A stretch of 64,000 nt of DNA, taken from the NCBI GenBank assembly GCA_963815195.1, contig CAWFGE010000008.1, forward strand, positions 320,001 through 384,000, read 5' to 3'. Below, one piece after another: positions 22,866-31,102 of the stretch. Source of the stretch: an uncultured Planctomycetaceae bacterium. Lineage in GTDB: Bacteria > Planctomycetota > Planctomycetia > Planctomycetales > Planctomycetaceae. The stretch's first letter is position 1. Every line of letters starts with the position of its first letter. The position numbers and the translations under genes were made by a program. The notes under the pieces are model-generated. The model did no database searches. It had not been told where the DNA came from and saw only the letters and a program-made list of their open reading frames with translations.

Positions 22866-23860
22866 GCGATTTTCTGGATGCGCTGCGGGCCGGGCTCGAT
22901 GCGTTTGATCTCAAAGGCCGGCGGGTGCTGGCGGCAGTTTCGGGCGGGGCCGACAGCGTGGCTTTGTTGTGCGGCCTTGCGGAACTCTGCGCCGAGCTTT
23001 CCCTCGAACTCGGCGCGGCGCATTTGGATCATCGCTTGCGGGGAGAAGAGTCGGCCGCGGATGCTGTTTGGGTCGGGGAACTTTGCGATCGATTCAAGAT
23101 TCCCTGCGTCATCGAATCGCGGGATGTCAGGTCCCTCCACGCGGAAACCAAGCAGACGCTGGAAGAATCCGCCCGCCAGGCGAGATACGATTTCTTGAAG
23201 CGGACCGCCATCGCCCAAGGCTCGACTGCAATCGCCCTCGGACACACCGCGGACGACCAGGCCGAGACGGTGCTGCATCACATCCTCCGGGGCACCGGCC
23301 TCGCGGGACTCCGGGGCATTCCCCGCGAGCGAGAAATTTCCGCCGGCCTGCGGTTGATCCGCCCGCTACTTAACATCCGCCGGTCCGAGATCGAAGGCTG
23401 GCTCGCGGAGCGCGGGCAGGATTACCGCACCGATGCCAGCAACATCGATCCCACCTTCACCCGTAATCGGCTAAGGCATCAACTGCTGCCTCTTCTGGAA
23501 AAAGACTTTAATCCGCAAGTTATCCCGGCGCTATTACGGCTCCGCGAGCAAGCCGCAGAGATGGAGGACGTGCTCGATCAGTTCGCGGAAGAAGAACTCC
23601 GGCAGGCGGTCATCGAGCGATCGCCGCACCGCTGCCGGCTCCGCTGCGAATCCCTCGCCGCCCGCCCGCCCGCGTTCCGCCGAGTGTGTTTTACCCTTCT
23701 TTGGCGAGAGCAAAACTGGCCCCGCGGGCGGATGACCTTCGCCCACTGGAACCGCCTCGCCGACCTCGTCGCCCAAAACCGCGGAGCCCTCAGCCTCCCG
23801 GGCGGCCTCACCGCCCGCCGCCGCAAGGACGGCCTCACTGTGGAATGGCAAGCCGAATGA
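22862..23860 (+). CDS. tilS: tRNA(Ile)-lysidine synthetase
   Basis: AVSGGADS PP-loop, HLDHRLR, EESARQARY, GHTADDQAETVL, RPLL, D.SN...RNRLR. Confidence 0.95.
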   Translation: MSDFLDALRAGLDAFDLKGRRVLAAVSGGADSVALLCGLAELCAELSLELGAAHLDHRLRGEESAADAVWVGELCDRFKIPCVIESRDVRSLHAETKQTLEESARQARYDFLKRTAIAQGSTAIALGHTADDQAETVLHHILRGTGLAGLRGIPREREISAGLRLIRPLLNIRRSEIEGWLAERGQDYRTDASNIDPTFTRNRLRHQLLPLLEKDFNPQVIPALLRLREQAAEMEDVLDQFAEEELRQAVIERSPHRCRLRCESLAARPPAFRRVCFTLLWREQNWPRGRMTFAHWNRLADLVAQNRGALSLPGGLTARRRKDGLTVEWQAE

Positions 23861-23977
23861 CTGATTTCGCCATCAAAAACCTCTCGGCTCGCACCTGAGA
23901 TTGATTCAACCCCTGATGCAAGCCATAATTCCTTTGCAGACGTCTTTTGGCCGCAATTCCAACTTGGAACCATTCAC

Positions 23978-25105
23978 ATGTACCGGGAAATCTCTATCAC
24001 CAACTTTCGCGGATTTCCAAAGTTCCGCATGCACGACTTGGGGAGAGTCAACCTGCTTGTGGGAACAAACAACAGTGGGAAGTCAACGCTTCTTGAGGCA
24101 ATTGAACTGCTTTCGTCGTTTGGTAATCCACGATCCCTTTGGGCCGTTACATCCCGTCGCGGAGAACAAATCTGGTACGATGATAGACGACGAAAGAGAG
24201 AAGGAGCAGTAGCGCATTTGTTTCATGGCCATGAGATCGAACTAGGAAGTGAATTCAGCGTCAGAGGAAACCATCACGACTTCGTAATAGACACCTTCGT
24301 GTCGAAAATTGGCGAAAAACACGGAGCACAAAAACAACTAACCCTCTTTTCGTCACCATCGCCATCTCCCTCCCTTGAGTTTAGCGAGGAGTACATAGGC
24401 CCCTATTCTTTGATAATGGAATGGAAGTTTGAAAATCGAGGAAATAGTGCATTCCGCTCCGCCTTAACAGCCAGGGGAGGGCTTCCTTTTGATGACGTGA
24501 TCGCATTCCATCGAACTGGCAACAGCAATCCGCCTGTGCGATACATCACCACGTCGTCGATGTCCGTCGAACAAGTCGCGAGACTCTTTGATGACATCGT
24601 TTTAACAAATGAGGAAGCTGTCCTTATTGATGCGCTAAAAACCATCGAACCGTCGATTGAACGAATCGCCAGTTTAGGCAGCGAATCGCGGCGATCCTCG
24701 TCCAGCCGCGGCAATATCGTCTTAAAGTGCAAGGGCATCGATCAGCGAATCCCGATTGGCACGATGGGCGACGGCATCTGGAGGATGCTAGGCATTGCGA
24801 TTGCCTTGGTCACGGCGGAGAATGGGTTTCTTCTAGTGGATGAAATCGACACGGGGCTTCATTACTCCGTGATGGCGGACATGTGGCGGCTCGTTGAGCG
24901 AACGGCCGCACGGTTGAACGTGCAGGTTTTTGCGACGACGCATAGTCGCGATTGTTACGAAAGCCTTGCGACAATTGCCCGTGAATCCGTCACGGAAGAT
25001 AGCCAAGTTACGATACAAAGAATCGAGAGAGACAAATGCGAGACCGTTGCGTTCAACGAGCGTGACATTGTCATTGCCGCCGAACGTGGACTTGAGGTGC
25101 GTTAA
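23978..25105 (+). CDS. ABC-type ATPase (AAA_15/AAA_21), lower GC than flanks
   Basis: ITNFRGF start, Walker A GTNNSGKST, signature MGDG, Walker B LLVDEIDTGLH, H-loop ATTHS. Confidence 0.9.
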   Translation: MYREISITNFRGFPKFRMHDLGRVNLLVGTNNSGKSTLLEAIELLSSFGNPRSLWAVTSRRGEQIWYDDRRRKREGAVAHLFHGHEIELGSEFSVRGNHHDFVIDTFVSKIGEKHGAQKQLTLFSSPSPSPSLEFSEEYIGPYSLIMEWKFENRGNSAFRSALTARGGLPFDDVIAFHRTGNSNPPVRYITTSSMSVEQVARLFDDIVLTNEEAVLIDALKTIEPSIERIASLGSESRRSSSSRGNIVLKCKGIDQRIPIGTMGDGIWRMLGIAIALVTAENGFLLVDEIDTGLHYSVMADMWRLVERTAARLNVQVFATTHSRDCYESLATIARESVTEDSQVTIQRIERDKCETVAFNERDIVIAAERGLEVR

Positions 25106-25107
25106 TA

Positions 25108-25762
25108 ATGCCGAATCGCTCTCATGAGAAAAAACTATTGGTTGAGGGAAGAGAAGATAAGCGGTTGATTCCTCAACTCATTGAGGCCAATGGAATTCCG
25201 TGGGGAGAAACGGAAGCGGACTGGATTGTTGCAATCGAGGAATATAATGGCGTAGAAGAGATTCTCAAACCCGGCGTGATCGAAGTGGAACTTAAAGCCT
25301 CGGGGTTACGAATACTTGGGATTTTACTGGATGCCAATGAGAGTCTGTGGTGCCCGATGGGCTGCGCTGCGAAACCAATGTTTGCCACAATTCCCAACTT
25401 TGCCCTTGGATCTCCCCAAGGAAGGCGTCATTACGCAGAATCAGGTTGGCAAACGCTTCGGGGCCTGGCTATTTCCCGATAATGAATCCAAAGGCATGAT
25501 GGAAACATTTCTTTCCTATCTTGTTCCAGACGGTCAAAGCAGTGTTTGGGATTATGCCGAGCAAGCGGCCTTGGAAGCGAAGAATCAAGGCGCCATTTAC
25601 AAGGATGCTCACTTGGATAAAGCCAATATCTACACCTGGCTGGCCTGGTGTGATCCTCCCGGTCGCCAGCTTCACGATGCCGTGATTCAGAAAATCTTTG
25701 AACCGGCATCACCTTGGGCCGTCCCGTTTATTACATGGTTCAAAACTCTTTACGAATTATAG
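25108..25762 (+). CDS. DUF3226-like (TOPRIM-related) protein; frameshift near 25348
   Basis: LLVEGREDK, LGILLDA, WLFPDN...GMMETFL, KA.IYTWLAWCDPPG across two frames; starts 2 nt after the ATPase stop. Confidence 0.7.
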
Positions 25763-25772
25763 ATTGGTTAAT

Positions 25773-26972
25773 ATGCAACAACTTACGAATAACCAAATCG
25801 ATCGGCGGCGGTTTTTGCGGGTCTCGGCATCGGCGGGGCTGTTGGCGGCCGGGGGGCGGTTTGTTTTTCCCGGCGGTTTGAACGCTCAGGATGCGGGGCA
25901 TCCGGGCCTCGAGGTGTTGACCGAATCGCCCTTGAATGCGGAGCCGGCTTTGACGGATCTCATTGAGGATTGGATGACGCCGATCAAGTCTTTTTACGTG
26001 CGGAGCCACGCCCCAAATCCGAAGGTCGATCTCGCGAACTATCGGCTGAAAGTCGAAGGACTCGTCGAAAAGCCTTTGAATCTTTCGCTCGCGGAATTGA
26101 AGGAGCGGTTCGCTAAGCAGTCGGTCATCGCCACGATGACCTGCGCCGGGAATCGGCGGGCGGAGTATAACGAAATCCAAAAGGTCGGCGGCGTGCAGTG
26201 GGGGCCGGGGGCGGTCGGCAATGCCCGCTGGGGCGGCGTGAAATTGTCGGACGTCCTCAAAGCCGCGGGCCTCAAGGAAGACGCGAAGCACGTCTGGTTC
26301 GAGGGGCTCGATGAAGTTCCCCACGGCGGCGGGACGATTCCGTTCGGCGGTTCGATTCCCGTGACCAAAGCCCTCGCCGACGCCGAAGACATGCCGGGGG
26401 CGATGTTGTCCTTCGAAATGAACGAGGCCCCGTTGACCGTCGATCACGGTTACCCGCTGCGGTCGGTGGTGCCGGGATATATCGGAGCCCGCAGCGTGAA
26501 GTGGCTGGGCAAGATCACCGTCAGCAATCGCCCTTCGCCCAACCACTATGTGGCGGATGCCTATAAGCTCGTCATCGAAGACTCGCCGCTCGCCTGGGAT
26601 GAAGCGGGCGTGATTTATAACTATCTCATCAATTCGGTGATCGCCGAGCCGCGGCCGAACGCCAAACTCTCCACCGGCACCACGAAGGTCAAAGGCTACG
26701 CCCTGCCGACGGGCGACGGCAGCCTCGTTACGAAGGTGGAAGTCTCCGCCAACAACGGCCGCTCGTGGACGGCCGCGAAGCTCCTTACAAAAGCGGAGCC
26801 CTATTGCTGGGTGCTTTGGGAAGCGAGCGTCCCCGTCACCCCCGCCACGAAGCAGTTGGTGGTCAAAGCCGACGACTCCAAAGGCAACACCCAACCGCAA
26901 ATCGTGCCTTGGAACATCAAAGGCTATATGAACAATTCCTGGCACGACCTCAAAGTGAACGTGGAGAGTTGA
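25773..26972 (+). CDS. Tat-exported sulfite-oxidase-family molybdopterin oxidoreductase
   Basis: DRRRFL Tat motif, FYVRSH, CAGNRR, DHGYPLR.VVPGYIGARSVKWL, WNIKGYMNN. Confidence 0.9.
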   Translation: MQQLTNNQIDRRRFLRVSASAGLLAAGGRFVFPGGLNAQDAGHPGLEVLTESPLNAEPALTDLIEDWMTPIKSFYVRSHAPNPKVDLANYRLKVEGLVEKPLNLSLAELKERFAKQSVIATMTCAGNRRAEYNEIQKVGGVQWGPGAVGNARWGGVKLSDVLKAAGLKEDAKHVWFEGLDEVPHGGGTIPFGGSIPVTKALADAEDMPGAMLSFEMNEAPLTVDHGYPLRSVVPGYIGARSVKWLGKITVSNRPSPNHYVADAYKLVIEDSPLAWDEAGVIYNYLINSVIAEPRPNAKLSTGTTKVKGYALPTGDGSLVTKVEVSANNGRSWTAAKLLTKAEPYCWVLWEASVPVTPATKQLVVKADDSKGNTQPQIVPWNIKGYMNNSWHDLKVNVES

Positions 26973-27041
26973 GCAGGATCCCGCACCTCTGCGTTTTCGC
27001 ACTTCGACTTTCATTCTTCGACACGATCCGAAAGGCCCGCG

Positions 27042-28313
27042 ATGATTTCCCGACGTTCGTTTTTGCAGGCTTTGGGCACGGGCGTGGCGGCGGCGCCCTG
27101 GTTCTCCCTTTACGCCGCGGACGACGACAAGCCTATCAAGCGGTTGGCGGTCGTGACGACGGTCTGGCGGTATCGCTCGCACGCGTGGCATATGGCGGAG
27201 CGGTTCCTCGCGGGTTATCCGATCGACGGGCATTGGCATCGGCCGAACTTGAAGGTCGTTTCGGCTTATGTCGATCAGAAGCCCGAAAACGACCTGAGCC
27301 GGATGCGGTCGAAGAACTTCGGGTTTCCGATCTACCCCACGATTGCCGAGGCTTTGAGGTGCGGAGGCAAGGAACTGGCTGTCGATGCCGTGCTGATCAT
27401 CGGCGAGCACGGCGACTATCCGCAGAACGAATGGGGCCAGAAAAAATATCCGCGGTATGAGTTCTTCAAGCAGGTGACGGACGTTTTCAAAGCCGACGGC
27501 CGCGTGACGCCGGTGTTCAACGACAAGCATCTGTCGTGGAAATGGGAGTGGGCGCTCGAGATGGTCGAGACCGCCCGCGAGATGCAGATTCCCTTTCTCG
27601 CCGGCTCTTCGCTGCCGGTGACCTGGCGAATGCCTGCGGTCGATATGCCTTACGGCGCGGAGGTGGAGGAAATCCTCTGCCTGGCCTACGGCGGTCTCGA
27701 TAGTTACGACTTCCACGCGCTCGAGGTTCTGCAGTGCATGGCCGACCGGCGAAAGGGCGGCGAAACCGGCGTGAAAAACCTGCACGCCGTGCGCGGCGAT
27801 GCGTTCTGGCAGGCGATGGACAAGGGCCGTTGGCCCGCGGGCGGTTGGAGCCCGGAGCTTTTCGAGGCCTGTCTCTGCCGGACGCAAACGCTGGCCCAAG
27901 CCCCCACGACCAGCGACCGCCATCCCACGCCCGAGCAAATCCGCGAATGGGTGAAGGACCCGGTGGCGTACCGGTTTGAATACAACGACGGCCTCAAAGC
28001 GACCATGCTGTTGATGAACGGACTCGTCGAGGATTTCACCTTCGCCGCCCGCCTCAAAAACCAAAGCCAACCGCTTTCCACGCTGTTCTATCTGCCGCCC
28101 AATCCAAACGTGACCTACTCGGCCGCTTTGATGTCGAAGGCTGAAGAAAACTTCCTCACGGGGAAGCCGCCTTATCCGATCGAGCGGACGCTGCTTACGT
28201 CCGGTCTCGTGGAAGCGGGCATGCAATCCCTCGGCAAGGGCAAACGCCTGGAAACGCCGCACCTCAAAGTCCGCTACCAGCCGGCGAAGGAGTCGATCTT
28301 TCTGCAATCGTAA
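27042..28313 (+). CDS. Tat-exported conserved planctomycete protein (Gfo/Idh/MocA-like fold possible)
   Basis: SRRSFL Tat motif; DAVLIIGEHGDYP, FNDKHLS, YDFHALE. Confidence 0.65.
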   Translation: MISRRSFLQALGTGVAAAPWFSLYAADDDKPIKRLAVVTTVWRYRSHAWHMAERFLAGYPIDGHWHRPNLKVVSAYVDQKPENDLSRMRSKNFGFPIYPTIAEALRCGGKELAVDAVLIIGEHGDYPQNEWGQKKYPRYEFFKQVTDVFKADGRVTPVFNDKHLSWKWEWALEMVETAREMQIPFLAGSSLPVTWRMPAVDMPYGAEVEEILCLAYGGLDSYDFHALEVLQCMADRRKGGETGVKNLHAVRGDAFWQAMDKGRWPAGGWSPELFEACLCRTQTLAQAPTTSDRHPTPEQIREWVKDPVAYRFEYNDGLKATMLLMNGLVEDFTFAARLKNQSQPLSTLFYLPPNPNVTYSAALMSKAEENFLTGKPPYPIERTLLTSGLVEAGMQSLGKGKRLETPHLKVRYQPAKESIFLQS

Positions 28314-28352
28314 CCGTGCACCCGCTGGCCCCATTCATCACGGAATCATGGT

Positions 28353-28389
28353 TCACAAAATCATGATTCTGTAATCCATGATTTTGTGA
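28353..28389. terminator. AT-rich inverted repeat between convergent genes
   Basis: TCACAAAATCATG ... CATGATTTTGTGA, 13-bp arms. Confidence 0.5.
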
Positions 28390-28406
28390 TGAACAGCCAC
28401 CGCCCG

Positions 28407-29480
28407 CTACGAATCGCGCAGCAGTTTTTGGATCGTGTCGCGGTTGACGGGTTGGATCACGCCGCGTTCGGTGATGATGCCGGCGATGAGCTCGGCGGGG
28501 GTCACATCGAAGGCGGGGTTATAGATGTCGATGCCTTCGGGAGCGGTTTGACGGCCGAAGCCGTGGGTGATTTCTTCCGGGCTGCGTTCTTCGATGGGAA
28601 TCTCCGCGCCGCTGGCAATGGCGAAATCGAATGTCGAAGACGGGGCCGCGACGTAGAACGGGATGTGGTGGGCTTTGGCCAATAAGGCGACGGAATACGT
28701 GCCGATCTTGTTCGCGGCGTCGCCGTTGGCCGCAATGCGGTCGGCCCCGGTGACGACTGCGGAGACCTTGTGCTGCTGCATCACCCAACCGGCCATCGAA
28801 TCGCAGATCAAAGTGACCGGGATGTTTCGCTGCTTGAGTTCCCAAGCCGTCAGCCTCGCCCCCTGAAGCAGCGGCCGGGTCTCGTCGGCATAGACGTGAA
28901 TCGCCTTCCCCGCAGCGGCGGCGGCGAACATCACCGAGAGCGCGGTCCCATCGCCCGCCGTCGCCAGCCCGCCGGCGTTGCAGTGCGTCAACACGCCCTG
29001 GCCGTCCTGGAGGAGTTCCGCCCCGTACCGCCCGATCGCCGCGCACATCTCGCGGTCTTCGCGTTCGATGGCTTGGGCTTCCTGGAGCAATCGTTCGATC
29101 ATTTTTTCGGGAGAGAGTTCCGCATTCGCGGCGGCGCAGGCTTTCATGCGGTCGAGCGCCCAAAACAAATTCACCGCCGTGGGCCGGCTCGTCGCCAAAT
29201 AGTCGGCGACCTGGTTTAGCTGCTGATCGAACTGTTTCCGTTCGTCCGAAGGGTTTCGCACGCCGAGCACCAGCCCATAAGCCGCCGCGACTCCGATGGC
29301 CGGAGCCCCGCGAACGCGGAGCGATTTGATCGCTTCCCAAACCTGTTCCGCGGTGTCCAATTCAATTTCGACCAACTCGACGGGCAGGCGGGTTTGATCG
29401 ATCATCCGCAACCGCCCCTTCACATCGCCCACCCAAGCCAGAGTCGCCGGAGGCGTTTTCGCGGCACTTTCTAAATTCAT
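28407..29480 (-). CDS. mtnA: S-methyl-5-thioribose-1-phosphate isomerase
   Basis: DQTRLP, VRGAPAIG, SRPTAVNL, LTHCNAGGLAT, ETRPLLQGARLT, NKIGTY, NPAFDVTP. Confidence 0.95.
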   Translation of the reverse strand: MNLESAAKTPPATLAWVGDVKGRLRMIDQTRLPVELVEIELDTAEQVWEAIKSLRVRGAPAIGVAAAYGLVLGVRNPSDERKQFDQQLNQVADYLATSRPTAVNLFWALDRMKACAAANAELSPEKMIERLLQEAQAIEREDREMCAAIGRYGAELLQDGQGVLTHCNAGGLATAGDGTALSVMFAAAAAGKAIHVYADETRPLLQGARLTAWELKQRNIPVTLICDSMAGWVMQQHKVSAVVTGADRIAANGDAANKIGTYSVALLAKAHHIPFYVAAPSSTFDFAIASGAEIPIEERSPEEITHGFGRQTAPEGIDIYNPAFDVTPAELIAGIITERGVIQPVNRDTIQKLLRDS

Positions 29481-29592
29481 GACCTGAGCCTTTTTGTTGT
29501 TCGTCGAACCAGAAGGTCGTGCAGCCCTTCAAGATTCTAATCAATTTTCTGCGGGCGAGCTAACCCCTGAAGTGCCGCCGGGCGGCGCGCGA

Positions 29593-29702
29593 TGTCCGCC
29601 GGGAATCGAATCGGGCACCGCCCGAAGGATGGTCCTACGAGCTTCACGAAGCCTGCGGCTCGGTGCCCGAGCCAGGGCGTTCTGCCGTTTGCCGACCGAG
29701 CC
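29593..29702 (-). pseudogene. Chimeric or degenerate tRNA: Leu-like 5' half joined via mini-repeats to a T-arm of another tRNA
   Basis: 5' GGCTCGGTCGGCAAACGGCAG D-arm and 3' TTCGATTCCCGGCGGAC; acceptor halves do not pair. Confidence 0.55.
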
Positions 29703-29716
29703 GATTGTGTTTTCAA

Positions 29717-29790
29717 TACCCAGAGCAGGAATCGAACCTGCAAACACTCGGGTTTAAGCCGAGTCGCTCTGCCAGTTGGCGTATCTGGGC
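29717..29790 (-). tRNA. tRNA-Leu(TAA), short variable loop
   Basis: GCCCAGA/TCTGGGT acceptor; CTCGG-CT TAA AC-CCGAG; GCAGG TTCGATT CCTGC. Confidence 0.85.
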
Positions 29791-29802
29791 CTATTCTTTC
29801 AG

Positions 29803-29874
29803 TAGTCCCGGACGGAATCGAACCATCGTTTCCTGGACGTCAACCAAGCGTCGTCACCATTGGACCACGGGACT
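29803..29874 (-). tRNA. tRNA-Val(GAC)
   Basis: AGTCCCG/CGGGACT; CTTGG-TT GAC GT-CCAGG; GATGG TTCGATT CCGTC. Confidence 0.85.
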
Positions 29875-29882
29875 GAATTAAG

Positions 29883-29980
29883 TGGACCCACCCGGAATTG
29901 CACCAGGGCACCGATGGGCCGCAGGCGGGATTGATCCTCCGGCCTGCGACGCCGGCATCTTCCTGTTGGACGATGAGCCC
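29883..29980 (-). tRNA. tRNA-Ala(CGC) with ~30-nt insertion in the variable region (possibly pseudo)
   Basis: G3:T70 acceptor GGGCTCA/TGGGTCC; CCGGC-GT CGC AG-GCCGG; inserted mini-element at 29906-29937. Confidence 0.7.
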
Positions 29981-30008
29981 CTTTGGCAAGCGAAGGTTTG
30001 CTCGCAAG

Positions 30009-30079
30009 CACGCCCCCAAGGACTTGAACCCTGACCAACTGGGTTGGAGCCAGTCATGCTGCGATGACACCAGAGGCGT
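30009..30079 (-). tRNA. tRNA-Trp(CCA)
   Basis: ACGCCTC/GGGGCGT; ACTGG-CT CCA AC-CCAGT; CAGGG TTCAAGT CCTTG. Confidence 0.85.
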
Positions 30080-30090
30080 GTGTTGTTGAG

Positions 30091-30175
30091 CGGAAGCCGT
30101 GAGACTCGAACTCACAAGCGGTTTACGCCGCCACCTGTTTTCAAGACAGGCTCCTCATCCGGCCGGATGACTTCC
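30091..30175 (-). tRNA. tRNA-Ser(TGA)
   Basis: GGAAGTC/GGCTTCC; CCTGT-CT TGA AA-ACAGG; long variable arm GCGG-CGTAAA-CCGC; G73. Confidence 0.9.
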
Positions 30176-30184
30176 GATTTTTAG

Positions 30185-30217
30185 CTGCGGGAGTTGAATC
30201 GAACCAACGGTTTCCTG
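30185..30217 (-). pseudogene. 3' half of a tRNA (T-arm plus acceptor 3' strand), 5' half missing; possibly Gln
   Basis: CAGG AAACC GTTGG TTCGATT CAAC TCCCGCA G; upstream sequence is not tRNA-like. Confidence 0.6.
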
Positions 30218-30361
30218 AGATGGAGGGATGGAGCAATTTGATAGACGAATTGCCGATACATCTTCCGATCGAATTGCCAGACTGGCGAGAAGAAATCAAT
30301 GCAGCCTAGCCTGACGATGAAACGCTTGTTCTTTTCAAACGAGGACAGGAAACTTGAAAGG

Positions 30362-30436
30362 CTGCGGAGGCAGGAATCGAACCTGCGTCTGGGCGATTAA
30401 CAGTCGCCTTCCCGTACCAACACAGGACCCACCGCA
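30362..30436 (-). tRNA. tRNA-Asn(GTT)
   Basis: TGCGGTG/CTCCGCA; GGCGA-CT GTT AA-TCGCC; GCAGG TTCGATT CCTGC. Confidence 0.85.
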
Positions 30437-30462
30437 GAATTATGAAACCGTCAATGGCGGAG

Positions 30463-30547
30463 TCAGGATGGTCGGGACCAATCCGGACTTCGGCCGATCG
30501 GTGCCCGAACCGGCGGTCGGCGGATGACCAGACTTTCCCATATCCTG
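30463..30547 (-). pseudogene. Disrupted tRNA-Pro-like gene (mini-element in T-loop, anticodon arm lost)
   Basis: CAGGATA/CATCCTG acceptor resembling Pro (C1:G72, A73); T-loop interrupted by 30475-30506. Confidence 0.6.
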
Positions 30548-30555
30548 AAATCGAA

Positions 30556-30626
30556 AGCGCCCAGCGGGAGTCGAACCCGCAATTCCGCCATGGCAAGGCG
30601 GTAGGTTTCCGCTACATCATGGGCGC
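30556..30626 (-). tRNA. tRNA-Gly(GCC)
   Basis: GCGCCCA/TGGGCGC, T73; CCGCC-TT GCC AT-GGCGG; GCGGG TTCGACT CCCGC. Confidence 0.85.
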
Positions 30627-30638
30627 GGCTTGATTGAG

Positions 30639-30711
30639 TGGGACCGGAGGGGCTCGAACCCTCACCGAACCGGTTAAGAGCCGGTCATGCTGCCGCTAAC
30701 ACCTCGATCCC
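30639..30711 (-). tRNA. tRNA-Lys(CTT)
   Basis: GGGATCG/CGGTCCC; ACCGG-CT CTT AA-CCGGT; GAGGG TTCGAGC CCCTC. Confidence 0.9.
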
Positions 30712-30728
30712 GTGTTGATATTCTTGAT

Positions 30729-30800
30729 TGAGCCTGGATGGAGTCGAACCATCGTCTGGCCCTTATAAGGAGCCGGCTCTGACCGTTGAGCTACAGGCCC
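30729..30800 (-). tRNA. tRNA-Ile(TAT)
   Basis: GGGCCTG/CAGGCTC, A73; canonical D-arm TAGCTCAACGGTCAGAGC; GGCTC-CT TAT AA-GGGCC. Confidence 0.9.
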
Positions 30801-30815
30801 TTTTTCGTTTGGCAA

Positions 30816-30887
30816 TGAGGCCGGAGGGATTTGAACCCCCACCGTGCAGGTTAAAAGCCTGCTGTGCTCCCGTTACACCACGACCCC
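30816..30887 (-). tRNA. tRNA-Lys(TTT)
   Basis: GGGGTCG/CGGCCTC; GCAGG-CT TTT AA-CCTGC; GGGGG TTCAAAT CCCTC. Confidence 0.9.
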
Positions 30888-30951
30888 GGAATTGATCGTG
30901 GCGTCTGTTTCCATCGCTGCAAAAAAAACATGAGATAGCCTCTCGGAAAAG

Positions 30952-31024
30952 TAGCCCGGGAAGGAATCGAACCTTCATTTCCGCCTTATCAGGGCGGCGT
31001 CCTAAACCATTGAACGACCGGGCT
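30952..31024 (-). tRNA. tRNA-Ile(GAT)
   Basis: AGCCCGG/CCGGGCT; CCGCC-CT GAT AA-GGCGG; GAAGG TTCGATT CCTTC. Confidence 0.9.
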
Positions 31025-31102
31025 AATTGGTGAATTGTAAGTCGGGATGGCCGGACTCGAACCGGCGACTCCGTGCTCCCAAGGCACGTGGGGTGCCGCT
31101 CG

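Noticed and set aside
25740..28334. 864-aa minus-strand ORF and similar long antisense ORFs (17176-18753, 41988-44048, 14525-15877)
   Set aside because: Antisense shadows of recognisable genes, expected at high GC, with no motifs
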